DNA of 64,000 nucleotides from Hormiphora californensis (lineage: Eukaryota; Animalia; Ctenophora), in NCBI GenBank assembly GCA_020137815.1, contig CM035354.1, forward strand, positions 3,348,001 to 3,412,000. Reading direction: 5' to 3'. The translations under genes were made by a program, and so were the position numbers. Shown here piece by piece: positions 17,287 through 29,062 of the stretch (its first letter is position 1; each line of letters starts with the position of its first letter). The notes under the pieces were generated by a model that was not told the origin of the DNA, did no database searches, and was given only the letters and a program-made list of their open reading frames with translations.

Positions 17287-18799
17287 TCACTCAAAGCTCA
17301 TTAGAACGCACAAACCAACGTAAATCATGACAACACAAGGGAATACCAACCTCTTGGCCTCCAGGGGGAACTGGAACAGCTTGGCCCTCATTCTGAGGCT
17401 CTTGATATAGTAATGGAAGGAGTCTAGTTCGTGAAAACAGGCCGTTTTGAATCCAAACACCCTCGTTTCCATTGCCTGGTTGACGAGTTGTCTGAAGTGC
17501 ATGTTCACCCGACACCCCTCCACCAGGACTAAGAAGGACCAATGTAAGGAGGATGGTATGTTTCACTGCCATGCACAGCAGAGAGATCCGACCATATGTC
17601 ACCACCGATTTGATCGTGTTGCACTGTTGGACGTTAGTACTCTGGTTTGCACTCGTAATACCACAGACTGTATAACCCTACCCGCTCCCTGCGTCTTGGT
17701 GGCAATGACCCGGAGGTCAATGAAGAGCCCGTAGAACAGGTAGAACACCATGAGGGAGGTAGCGGGGGAACTCTCGTAGTTTAGCTTGTGGATGAATGTA
17801 CTGGTGTCGTGTGCCTCCTGCATAATGACTTTTAGGGTGGTTCTCTTTTCTCGGAGGCAGCTCTCTCAGCTCGTTAATTAGGAATCCAATTAGCCGACTC
17901 TGCATTATGTAGTTGATCAGAATGGGAAAGTAGGTGACGTGCATGAGGAACATCGGGATCGCATACCCGATTCCCATGAAGTATTTCTCTACTGCGTTGA
18001 AGTTGTAATTCTGGAGACACTCAGAGAGGACAAAGGTTTTCCCAAAGTACGAGTTCAGCAGCGTCATGAAAAGGAGGCCCACTAGAGAGAGGATCCCGTA
18101 TAGGGAGTAAACCTTGAGACACCGGTTAAGTTGGCGCTTGTGGGTGGTCGTATTGGTACCGAAGAATGATGTTACAAAACATTTCTGAACTAGGGCCTTC
18201 CACTTGCTCGCTCCTTTTCACTCTAAAGTTCCAGAAGGTCACGAAAAATGCGATGAAGTGCAGGACGGAGGGGATGATACTGTCAAGAGTGTTGTCACAA
18301 ACACTGTCCATGTAAATGTAGGGGATAGTGACATTGTAACAAATCTCCTTGAACTTCTCGTGGCTCTTCGTCTCGTGCTTGTGCTCGTCACTCGGCTCGT
18401 CATGTTGGACAGACCTTGTAGTTGATCACATAGCCGGTAATTAAGACACGCAAACAGGACCAGCGGCCACAGAACACTGACAACCTTGTGCACGATGTAC
18501 TCCCTCGAAATGCCCGCATTCCGAGAAACTTTAGTATGGCACTGTAAGGACGGAGAATCCGAGATTCTAGGGAGAGTATTCCCACGGTGTGCTGAGCTGA
18601 TGCTTTGCTCTGCATACAAATCGCTGTCTGGTGAATATTTGTTGTATTCGTAGTCTTCGTAGCATTGGTTGATGGCTCCATAACTCGTCAAGGAGATCTC
18701 ACTAATACCGCGGTTGTTCAATCGTGGACCGGATTCCGGTGTAATAACCCGATCGTAGCAGTAGTGACACGATAAGGGATCCGTTGGGCTACCATTCAT
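17287..18799 (-). CDS. Intronless multi-pass membrane protein, candidate gustatory-receptor-like / 7TM ion channel family; several frameshifts
   Basis: Overlapping minus-strand ORF pieces form a soluble N-terminus, about seven hydrophobic segments, and the C-terminus RVFGFKTACFHELDSFHYYIKSLRMRAKLFQFPLEAKRLVFPCVVMIYVGLCVLMSFE. Confidence 0.6.
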
Positions 18800-18849
18800 C
18801 CTGAGAAAAGTTTAAATTTGTTTAATTTTTCATTCAACCTTGTTATCTT

Positions 18850-19250
18850 GATATCGTCTTCATGTACAAACTACACTACCTAAACGTTCGCAAACGAAAA
18901 AGCAAGAATTTGCTAACAGATTTCGCCTTACGTTTCTAAACAATTGAAAATTGTTCTTTCGGGGGTTTGGGTTTGGTTTTGGCATATGCTAAGACCCCTT
19001 TCTGCGCTTTTCAACGGGCAAACTTTGCCAAAAACTGCAAGAAACCAAATTTGAAACTTTGAAAGCAGAAAGTTTAAAGTTTGAATTTTTTGGCTCGCGC
19101 TTGATATTTTTAAGTTCGGCGCGGAAGTTTGAGTTTTGTTACGCGTGCTACACAACTTTTTCGAGTTGGCAGCGCAGTTTAATCGAATCGAAACGCCGCG
19201 CAAGTCCTTTTGAAGCGACTTGAAAAATCCTTCAAAAAATCCGCACAGGT
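18850..19250. promoter_or_regulatory. Putative divergent promoter region (CpG-rich, T-tracts)
   Basis: Lies between a minus-strand and a plus-strand gene block; motif shared with 52678-52722. Confidence 0.4.
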
Positions 19251-19260
19251 GTTTGTTTTT

Positions 19261-19404
19261 CTTTTGGGTGCTCGTTTCCGGTTTCCCGTTGGTACCCAGT
19301 ACCCTTGACCCTTGTTAGGAGCCAGGAATTGGAGGAAAATAATTATGTGCAACCACCGAATTTTTCACATCCACATGGTCGCCTGTTGGCCTGTTTTTGA
19401 GGCT
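19261..19404 (+). repeat. ~144-bp direct repeat, copy 1
   Basis: cttttgggtgctcgtttccgg...ggcctgtttttgaggct, identical to 21671-21814 apart from about one substitution. Confidence 0.9.
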
Positions 19405-21050
19405 AATAATCCATATAATAAATTCCATAATGTTAATGTCCAATTTTTTATTTAAGCGACAGGCCGCCGCGCATCAAAATGCAGCGCTTGAAATCGATTT
19501 CCGGTTCCTGATGAGCTAGCGACTTTTCTTGGTGCCATTGGAAAGATAAAAATTTTATCTTTCCAACGCAACCAGGATCAAGTCTTTATCTCATCAGGAA
19601 CCGGAGATATGACCAATTAACTAATTGTGTGCGCGGCGGCCTGTCGCTTAAATAAAAAATTCGACTTTAGTCAGTCTGTCCGTTAATTGGTTTTTCAAAC
19701 TCCTCCCACAGTTTTTGAGCTAGACCCCTGAAAATTTGTACACTGGTACCTTGGACCAAGGCGGATGTAAGTACGGGCTCAGATTTTTGATCCGATCTTT
19801 ACAGCAGTGACGTCACGGGGCGACGTCATTGCGACAAAAAGACTTACATTTTTCAAACGCTTCTAAGACCCTAAAAACGGCTCTAAATCAAAAAACTAAC
19901 GCAATAGTGGGGAAAGAGAATCGTTTGAACTTCATTTTACTTGATAGCGATTTCCCGTAACTCAATGTTTAAGGGTCGTAAATCGCGTCGGGAAAGTTAA
20001 AAATGCCAAAAATACGATATTTTTCACCGTAGCCACCCAAAATCTTATCCAATCGATATGAAACTTGGTCGTTATGTGAATTTTAATGTCCTTTGGCCAG
20101 GGGTTCCCGGAAAACGGATTGGCAAGATAAGAACTGACCGGAGTTCTTATAATTCACGAATTTGGAATTTTTCGTCGACTTTTTTTTGGCGACATAAAAC
20201 GCTAAAGTCCATTTTTATTCAACTGTTCACCCCTCAACTCCTGCGCGTGCGATATTTTAATTTACGCTGCGCGTGCTACACGTTAACATGTGATAAACGC
20301 GCAAAACAATTCCGCGCACGACTTTGGGGGGTGAACAGTTGAAAAAAAATGGAGTATAGGAAATTTTCAATGAATTTTAAAATTTTACACTGCGCGCATA
20401 ATTCTAGGTTCTGCGCGCGGCGTAAAAAAGCAGCGCTTTTTTGGGAAAATTCGCGCGTTACAGTAAATGATTTACCCGCCTCGCCAAAATTGTAATGGCC
20501 GTTTTTTCAAAAACCCAATGTGTATGATAGTATACTCGGATTTTTTGAAACTGTCACCCCCCTTAAATAAAAAATTTGTCATTTCTCCGGTTCCTGATAA
20601 GATAGAGACTTGAAATTTGGAGGTTCGCAAGAACTTAGCAAGATCTTCGTAACTTCCAAATTTCAAGTCTCTATCTCATCAGGAACCGGACTTATGGTCA
20701 TTTAAAGAAATTTGAAAACTCTAGGGGGGTGACAGTTTCAAAAAATCCGACTTTAGGAGCGGTTTTTATAGATCACCACGTGGTTAAAGTCGCGTGTCAC
20801 CCCTTTTTGCGCATTGTCATAGCTCCTCGAGGTCGCATCCAATCAAGAAATGTCCCCCAAGTTTTCGCTTCTCCTTGAGGAGATCTACAGGTTTGATGAA
20901 GGTCACTTTTGGATTGGATGCGAAATGAAGCCGTGAGAGTAACCTGAGATTAGGGTGCACGTGCTGATCTAACCGCTCCTACTATGAGACTCATTGCTCC
21001 TGTCTGGCGGCGCCAGACCCCAATTTGATTCTCAAATCGCGACAGTGCGC
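19405..21050. mobile_element. Non-coding transposon-derived block with internal inverted repeats (possibly Helentron/HINE-like)
   Basis: Inverted pairs at ~19448-19473/19630-19657 and ~20536-20620/20656-20750; gtcagtctgtccgt tract; no transposase ORF. Confidence 0.5.
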
Positions 21051-21369
21051 TCAGATGGGTCGCGGCGCCAGACAGCATTGCTCTAAGGAACAAACAAATT
21101 ATCTTTTAAAAATCAAACACAAATGTCACCGGTTGTATGAGGATAAATTACCATTTACCATTTACCAGGTCACGGGTTCCCAGCAAACGGGTACTCTAGT
21201 AATAATAATAATAAAGATTTTGGCCACACGGCCAACTCGAAATTCACTCTACGCAAATTACGTCTAAACTCACTTCATTTCCCACAATAGTAATTAAAAA
21301 TATACATTGCAATACGGACACCGTATTATTTACACTAGAAAGTGGTATATTAAATGCATATATTACATA

Positions 21370-21646
21370 AAGAGAGACCAAAATCAAGAGCACACCACAA
21401 TCAAGAGAGACCAAAATCAAGAGCACACCACATCCAAGAGAGCTCCCCATCCAGAAGAAACCAGATGTGGTGCGCTCTTGAATTTGGCCTCTCTTGATTG
21501 TGGTGTGCTCTTGATTTGGTCTCTCTTGATTGTGGTGTGCTCTTGATTTTGGTCTCTCTTGATTGTGGTGTGCTCTTGATTTTGGTCTCTCTTGATTGTG
21601 GTGCGCTCTTGATTTTGGTCTCTCTTGGATGGGGTGCGCTCTTGGA
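21370..21646. repeat. 33-bp unit in tandem, forward then inverted (foldback/MITE-like)
   Basis: caagagagaccaaaatcaagagcacaccacaat about twice, followed by about five reverse-complement copies. Confidence 0.8.
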
Positions 21647-21670
21647 GGCTCTTGAACTTAATTATGGTTC

Positions 21671-21814
21671 CTTTTGGGTGCTCGTTTCCGGTTTCCCGTT
21701 GGTACCCAGTACCCTTGACCCTTGTTAGGAGCCAGGAATTGGAGCAAAATAATTATGTGCAACCACCGAATTTTTCACATCCACATGGTCGCCTGTTGGC
21801 CTGTTTTTGAGGCT
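21671..21814 (+). repeat. ~144-bp direct repeat, copy 2
   Basis: Matches 19261-19404. Confidence 0.9.
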
Positions 21815-21919
21815 GAATCCAAAATCATTTGGGTTCCTAGCACCCATACTAAGAAAACAGTTCTCGGCAAGAATAAGAGCACATCCGACTTAAATTAGCA
21901 CCATTTGTTCTCAGCGTTT

Positions 21920-24900
21920 ATGTTTTTTCTTGGACTCCTCCTTTCACTATTTCATCAGACGACCGAACAGAGGGTCAATAAAACCCAAACTGTAACGCCA
22001 GTAATCTTAGTACCAGGTAGGTTGTTTGTGTATCATGATGGCTAACCCTCTCCCCAAATCACGAATGATGTTGATAATATTTGTCTGCCTTTGAATCACG
22101 CGACAACATATAATGATCCCCTACCCACAGGTATCTGTGGAAGTCAGGTTGATGGGTGGTATAAAAAGACTGTGACGCCCCACGTTTACTGTACTAAGGA
22201 CAGTAAAACTTGGACAACACTATGGTTGTGCCTTGAGTGTATGCTGCCTGCTGTTATCAACTGTTGGGTGGACACCTTCAAGTTAAACACTACTGATATT
22301 CATAACCTGAAGAACACGAATGGTGTTCAAACTAAAGTTAACGATTTTGGGTATACCAATGGAATTGGGTATCTTGATAAGGTAAGCTTGGTATTTATTG
22401 CACTATAATAAGACTTTCTCATTTCGGTCCGAGTCTACCATCTAGGTACAATCTTGATTTCAAGTCTGAAATCAATCACTATATCTCACTATCAATCTTA
22501 GAATCGGTTCGTTGTACAATTTGAGAAGATGATTTTGGGATTGGAGACCCGGCTTGGTATGAAACGGGGTATCAATATCCGGGGAGCACCCTACGATTAC
22601 AGGTAACGAATCTAGACCTTTCGATTCTGCCACATTGATCTCTGTCAACATCATTCCTTCTTGCTAGTAAGCAGTTAGTTTCATTCTTCCCCCTCCCCAC
22701 CCGGCATTTTCCTCTGTCATCACGCCCGGAGGATTACAACATAACAACTCCCCAGGTATTCTCCTAACACCAAGGTAGGGAAGCAGTACATGATTCGACT
22801 GAAGTTCCTGGTTGAGGAGACTTATGAGCTGAATGATAACACACCTGTAATGATAGTGGCACATTCCATGGGCAACCCTTACATGGTTAACTTCCTCGCC
22901 TCTATGGATCAGGTACTGCGATGTTGGATGTTGTTCCTAAGCTAAGATATTGTATCATTGCATGGTAACCAAGATATTAGTTGCCTTGGAACAGGAACTG
23001 TTTACTGTATCAAGGTGTTATAGGCCGTAGGGTATTGTTGAGATTCAGATATTGAGTAGTATTGCAGTGGATGACGGAAAAACAACTACTTCTTTAAAGC
23101 ACAACAACTACTCCTTTCCTTTAGAAATGGAAAGACAAGTTTATCAAGGGGTATGTATCGTTTGCTGGCGTGTTCGGGGGTGCATCTAAAGCCATCCGAT
23201 CCATCATGTCAGGTACTACTATAACACAGGATTGTGTCTCACAAGTCACATTGAAATACACTACTTTTACACAGGATTGTGTCTCACAAGTCACATTATG
23301 ATAGAAAGTTACAGGGATTGTCTGTCAGTCTGAGCACTACTGCACCCTGATATAACTACCTCTTCTAACTCTGCTCAGTATCCTAAGACGTGAGACGTCA
23401 TTAGTAAGTACAAACAAGCAAAAAAAACAACTATCTCTCTCCCCAGGTGAGACTGAGGGACTACCAGAGATAATAGTGGACCCACTGACAATGAGAGAGT
23501 TTGAGAGAACATCTCCCTCTGTCTACTGGTTGTTCCCTACCCCCGGTGTCATGAAGGATCTTCCACTGGTGTTCGCTAATGGCAGGTAGATTTATACTTG
23601 TTAGAAACAGCACCAGTTTTGTGGCCTAGGGCTATAATTTCACACCGCGGGCAAGCAGATAAACCTGCATATTATGAAGCACGTCATTGGGAGAGGCCTC
23701 TACTACAGGGTGTGGAGGCCTCTCCTGACGGACCCCCCTTCTTTTTGCTTTATCTAGAAGCACGCTTATCAAGTTGAGCAGCAGTCAAATTAGGTTACCA
23801 ATAGCAACCACGTCGTATAATGCAGCTGTATTGCAGCATGACATCTGCAGTTGACATTTCAAAGTGTAATTTTACATCCACACAACAAATACAGCTGTGT
23901 TATTGAGTCTTCAGTATCATATGGAACTACCCTCCAAAAGAGTCTGAATCACCTAATTATTAACCCTCTCTCCCTCCGTATCAACCCTCTATCTCCCCCT
24001 CTAGGAACTACACAGCATCCCAATACAGACAACTGTTAGAGGATACCAAGGTTCATAAGGGGGTTGAATTGTACGACTACATCCAGGATGTGCCTTTATT
24101 CCTCCCTGATTTGGGGGTTGATGTTTATTGTGTACACGGGATAAACCAGACAACGCCTCTACAGTTTAGGTATGTACAGGGTGTTCATATGGGATCTTTA
24201 CAAGCGTTGAGCTTCACCCAGAAAAAAGTTGACAAAATTATCTTATGAAACTTCATACTTGGACTATTCTATACCCTCATTCAAGGTTCCTGGTGTTTCC
24301 GGAGCTCTACTACCCCTGGAAGTGTGTTTTTGGCATCAAAACTACCAGAAGGAATTTTTTGCTGATGCTGAGACTTTGCTAGAATGTTTTTTGGGTATTT
24401 TCTATGTCAATTCCAAAGTTTCATGATGATTGGATATATTTTATGAACTCAAAATTTCGAAAAAAGTGCCTGGAAAGACTCTAAAATATCAATTTTTGCC
24501 GTTTTTGAGCTGTTTTTGGGCCTTTCCAGCCAGTTTATTTTGAACTTGGTGACTGAACCACACATCCAATCATCATGAAACTTTGGAATTGACATAGAAA
24601 ATACCCAAAAAACATTCTAGTGAAGTCTCAGCATCAGCAAAAAATTCCTTCTGGTAGTTTTGATGCCAAAAACACACTTCCAGGGGTAGTAGAGCTCCGG
24701 AAACACCAGGAACCTTGAATGAGGGTATAGAATAGTCCAAGTATGAAGTTTCATAAGATAATTTTGTCAACATTTTTCTGGGTGGAGCCCAACGCTTGTA
24801 AAGATCCCATATGAACACCCTGTACCAGGGCGTCTTACGTCTACAGTTTAGGTATACTTGTAGAACTGGGGCTCAAGTTTAGGTAATTACCGGGGTGTAG

Positions 24901-25288
24901 GTCTGTTAGATCGAGTTGACAGTGGGGTAGAAAATCTACTGTCAACTGTTGTGTAAGGGGTGTGAAACAAGAAATCAGGTGACTACTGCTACCACATAGA
25001 TATGATGAAATCGTCTTGCTTTACTAACTTTTATCCTCCCCCACCGCTAGATATAAAGAGGGCTCATTCCCGGACAAGTACCCTACTACAATAACAGGTA
25101 ACGGTGATGGAACGGTCAACCTGCCCTCTCTACAGCTATGTAAACAGTTTAAACGCCTCAAACATTACCAAGCAGTATCTGGATTCCTGGCAACCCACCT
25201 GGAGATATTACAGCGCGATGACGTCATTGAGTTTCTGTCAGAGTTGTTGGCAGGGAAACTTGAGGAAGGACAGCAGTTGGATATTTAA
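21920..25288 (+). CDS. PLA2G15: LCAT / lysosomal phospholipase A2 family lipase, paralogue 1 (8 exons)
   Basis: PVILVPGICGSQ, LWLCLEC..INCWVD, IRGAPYDYR, catalytic AHSMG, DVYCVHG, GDGTV, THLEIL; GT-AG introns. Confidence 0.88.
24177..24822. mobile_element. Tc1/mariner-type MITE with ~260-bp TIRs and TA target duplication
   Basis: ta|cagggtgttcatatgggatc ... gatcccatatgaacaccctg|ta; the mirrored ORFs 24229+ and 24573- reflect the TIRs. Confidence 0.88.
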
Positions 25289-25615
25289 TTAAACTTGTAA
25301 TTGGGTGTAATTAGGACACCAGTAATTGGGTGATTTGACTTTTTTGAGATTGTTTTCAATTTCAGTGACCGTTTTTTGTATGTTTCAGTTGATTTCTTGT
25401 GTTGTGTTTTTTCGTGTAACCCGTGCAGTAAGATTATTATTCTCCGTTGCAGTGTTTTTAAATGATTTCTATTATTTGTACTTCCAGTTCTGATGATTGC
25501 AAAAGAAAATTTTGATTCTCCCGTTTTACAATTGTGATGACTATTATTGAAATGTTCTAGTCTCTTTTCCGTTTCTTATCACACCTGAATTATACCCCTC
25601 CCTTAGCATGTGACA

Positions 25616-28613
25616 ATGTTTCTCTCCTTCCTTCTCCTTCTCTCTCGGGGGGTATCAGGCCAGCAGCAGTATCTGAATGATGAGGTATACCAACAGTCAC
25701 ACCAACAACAACAACAATCAGGGGATATCGGGGATGTTGACCCTGTTGTTATAGTCCCAGGTGCGAGTGTTGATTAATCTAATTTAGTGTGCAAATTTTC
25801 CAGCGTTCCTTTTTGCTGAAAAGGTTTGCTGTAACAAGTTGCATTGCCTTTTCATATAATCAGTAGTTTGCATCTTATGTGTGTAACGACTCACGTAACT
25901 TTCAATATCCGGGTGTTGTTACTCAGCCGCAACTTCTCCCATGAACACCATCCTGCAGAGCTGCCTCCCGTCTCAATACCAAGTTTTATCTGCATTCATA
26001 TCGAATGAACAGTTACCACACAGTCTCTCAGATTTGCTGAAAATTTCAAAACTCTCATTTTAGTTCCTAGACGACCCACAAACCTCCCAACACCCTGCGT
26101 CCTGCGACCCCTCCCTGACACCAAATCTCCACCCTACTTACCTCTCCATTATTTCAGGTATATTTGGTAGTCAGCTGGATGCAAAGTGGAACAAGACAGA
26201 ATCACCACATTATTGGTGTTACAAACAGAACCCAACCTTTACAACTCTCTGGCTGTGTTTCGAGTGTATGGTGCCCAAGGTAATACACATAATGTAGACC
26301 TGAACACAATTCACTAGATTTATCTATAACTGGAGGTGGCGGCCAAAATCGTCCTGAATATGAATACTGTAATAAATTAAATATAAAATGAGTCTATTAC
26401 CCCACTTGATATAGCTGCTATAACTTCCGGAAAATATGGATCAGTCTAGTGAATTAGGCCTCTAGTCAACATCTCCTTCTCTCCAGGTGATTGATTGCTG
26501 GGTGGACAACATGCTACTGAACTATACTGGTGGGACCTTTGTTAACAGAGACGGAGTTGAATCACAAACTAACGACTTCGGAGGTCCGACTAATACACAC
26601 ATTTGTGATTTTATCTGTCTGCAAAGTTGTTTTTAGACCTAATGATCGGTAGTATCGGGATCATCCACTCTCTACCTGATCACCTGATAATCACCTGTTA
26701 ATCACCCTCTAAAACACCCACAGGTACCGGCGGAGTGGAGTGTATAGATAAAAACTGCTACTACCCGTATTTCAAGGCTATGATAGATGGAATAACAGCC
26801 ATACCGGGATATGTAAAGGGAGTGAACCTACGAGCCGCTCCTTATGACTTCCGGTTAGTGTTTCAACTGTATAATGAAAGAGATGATCATATTTCGGCAT
26901 ATTTCGGCAAAATTCTGACGATTCAGCCGGAATCTCTATGTATATAGGGTTGGAACGAAATTAACCGTCCCCGTCCCCGGCCCTCAACTTCACATGTAGT
27001 TCATTTCATATGAATTTAATATCAACATTAACCAATGCAACGTTGCCCTGCACGCAGGTACGGTGCTAATTCTCCAGTCGGTAAGAAACTAATTGCTGAT
27101 CTGAAGGAGATGATAGAAGATACGTATGAGAAAACCGGGGATAAGAAAGTCACCCTTATAGCACACAGGTAATAAGGTGAAAGTATGCTTTGGTAATTCT
27201 GTAGCTTCATGGCCATTTTTATCACATTTCCCCATTTTTATTTGTTTTCTGTAATTCTACGCCTCTCGTGACTGGCCCCTGGCGAGTGGCAGTCGTGTTT
27301 TGGGCTGTCGCGTGATACCAATTCCAAACTCTAGCTTTCTCTTTTTACTCTCCCCCTCCACTCTATCTCCTTATTCCTCTCCCCTTCACTGTCTGGCCCT
27401 GGCATATCTTTAGCCAACTCCCCTAAACACCCCGACATATAACAATATTATTATATCCACATATAACAATATTAGTATATCCACTTCTCTCAGCATGGGC
27501 AACCTCTACCTCATAGAGTTCTTCAAATCGGTCCCTGGCTCTTGGAAGAAGAAGTACATCAAACGGTATGTGGCCATATCGGGTGTGTTTGGAGGATCAG
27601 TAAAGTCCATCAGGGCCCTTGTCTCTGGGGAGATAGAGAGCATTCCCAGGGTACTAGTTGATGCTAATTCTGTAAGAGCCTTCCAGAGAACCTTCCAAAG
27701 TATTTACTGGCTCCTGCCTAGGAAAGAGGTAATTGTGATAACTGATAACCTGTGTTACATATCTCTATTTACTGGGTTTTACTATCGTATCTTCCCATTT
27801 CTTTCTTTCTCTTTCTCAGTCGAGCTAGGCAATCTCTATCTTCCTCTCTCCCAGGTGTTCTCAAAAGATGAAATTCTGGTTTACACCCCCGATAGAAATT
27901 ACACCGCACATCAGTTTAGCGATCTACTAACCGATGCCAAGTACGGATATAATACATTTTAGTGTTCAATGTACACATGTACACTCTATGTACATTGTAG
28001 TGTTCATTTCCAACGTTTTCCCGTGTTACTGCTGATTGTATTAATATTTATTTTAATTCAATGTTTCCTCAGATTCCCTCTCGGGTCGGATATTCTGAAG
28101 ACCCTGGAAGGTATGGACAAGTTCGTTGATCCCGGTGTTGATGTCTACTGTATCCATGGTTCTGATATACCAACTGCTGCACAATTCAGGTACTGAGTTG
28201 AGAGTTGTCCCTGTATTAGTTGAAATATAACGATCGTCCTCTCTAGCTCCCCCCCCTCCCCCAATTATGGCAAATTCGTCGCCAACTGTAGTCTGAATAT
28301 CATTTCCCCAGCTACACATCTACAGGTTTTATTGCTAATTCCCCCCTTCTCCTTCACCAGGTGGAAAGCTGGTTATTTCCCCGACTACCAGCCAGAACAG
28401 ATAGACGGACCAGGAGACGGGACAGTCAACCAACCCAGTCTAGAGTTATGCAAACAGTTTAAACGGTTGAAGGCGTACCGTGTTTACCAGGGTATCAAGG
28501 AGGGAGAACACATGCAAATTCTGTTGAACCCTAAAGTTATTGAATATGTAAAGGACATCCTAAATACAACCAGCCCTCATCATAAGAGTGGAGATGAAAT
28601 GTTGCATTTTTAG
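25616..28613 (+). CDS. PLA2G15: LCAT / lysosomal phospholipase A2 family lipase, paralogue 2 (9 exons)
   Basis: Signal peptide MFLSFLLLLSRGVSG, PVVIVPGIFGSQL, IDCWVDNM, LRAAPYDFR, AHSMG (split by an intron), DVYCIHG, GDGTV, EHMQIL. Confidence 0.9.
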
Positions 28614-29062
28614 ATCAAGGAGACTGGGAGAGTTATTGAGAGTTACCTATTATTTATATCAGAGGACAGAGGCACCAGTGATAAAAGCACCAGTAAAAAT
28701 GGCACCATTTTATTATTGTTAATTGCAGTGTGTTAGTACCCGATTACCCCATCCGATCTACACACTAGACAACAAAATAAAGAGTACAATCTAACACAGA
28801 GTGAGGGAGATTTGTTTATAACGAATTGTTTTTCTGTAAACTACGGGGTTTTTGGTTATTTGTTAGGGCTGTTTGTTATGATTTTTGGCAGTGTGTTTAT
28901 TTAACCAGATTTGTATAATTATGAGGCAGTTATTTCGGAATTTTATTATCAACTAGACCAGTAATTTCTTAACAGTTGCAGTAAATTGTCGTGTCATTTT
29001 GAATCCCGGAGCTATAGTTTACCAATGTATGTACCTCCCTCTAACATATATCCCTACACAGA

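Noticed and set aside
7287-18799. Calling the GPCR, GTF3C1 and 7TM genes pseudogenes
   Set aside because: The frameshifts look like homopolymer errors and also hit essential genes such as GTF3C1 and MOB4; splice sites and motifs are intact.
19261-21814. LTR retrotransposon
   Set aside because: The direct repeats lack TG...CA ends, PBS/PPT and a TSD, and no gag or pol remnants are present.
24229-24818. Two near-identical small ORFs on opposite strands
   Set aside because: They are the terminal inverted repeats of a MITE.
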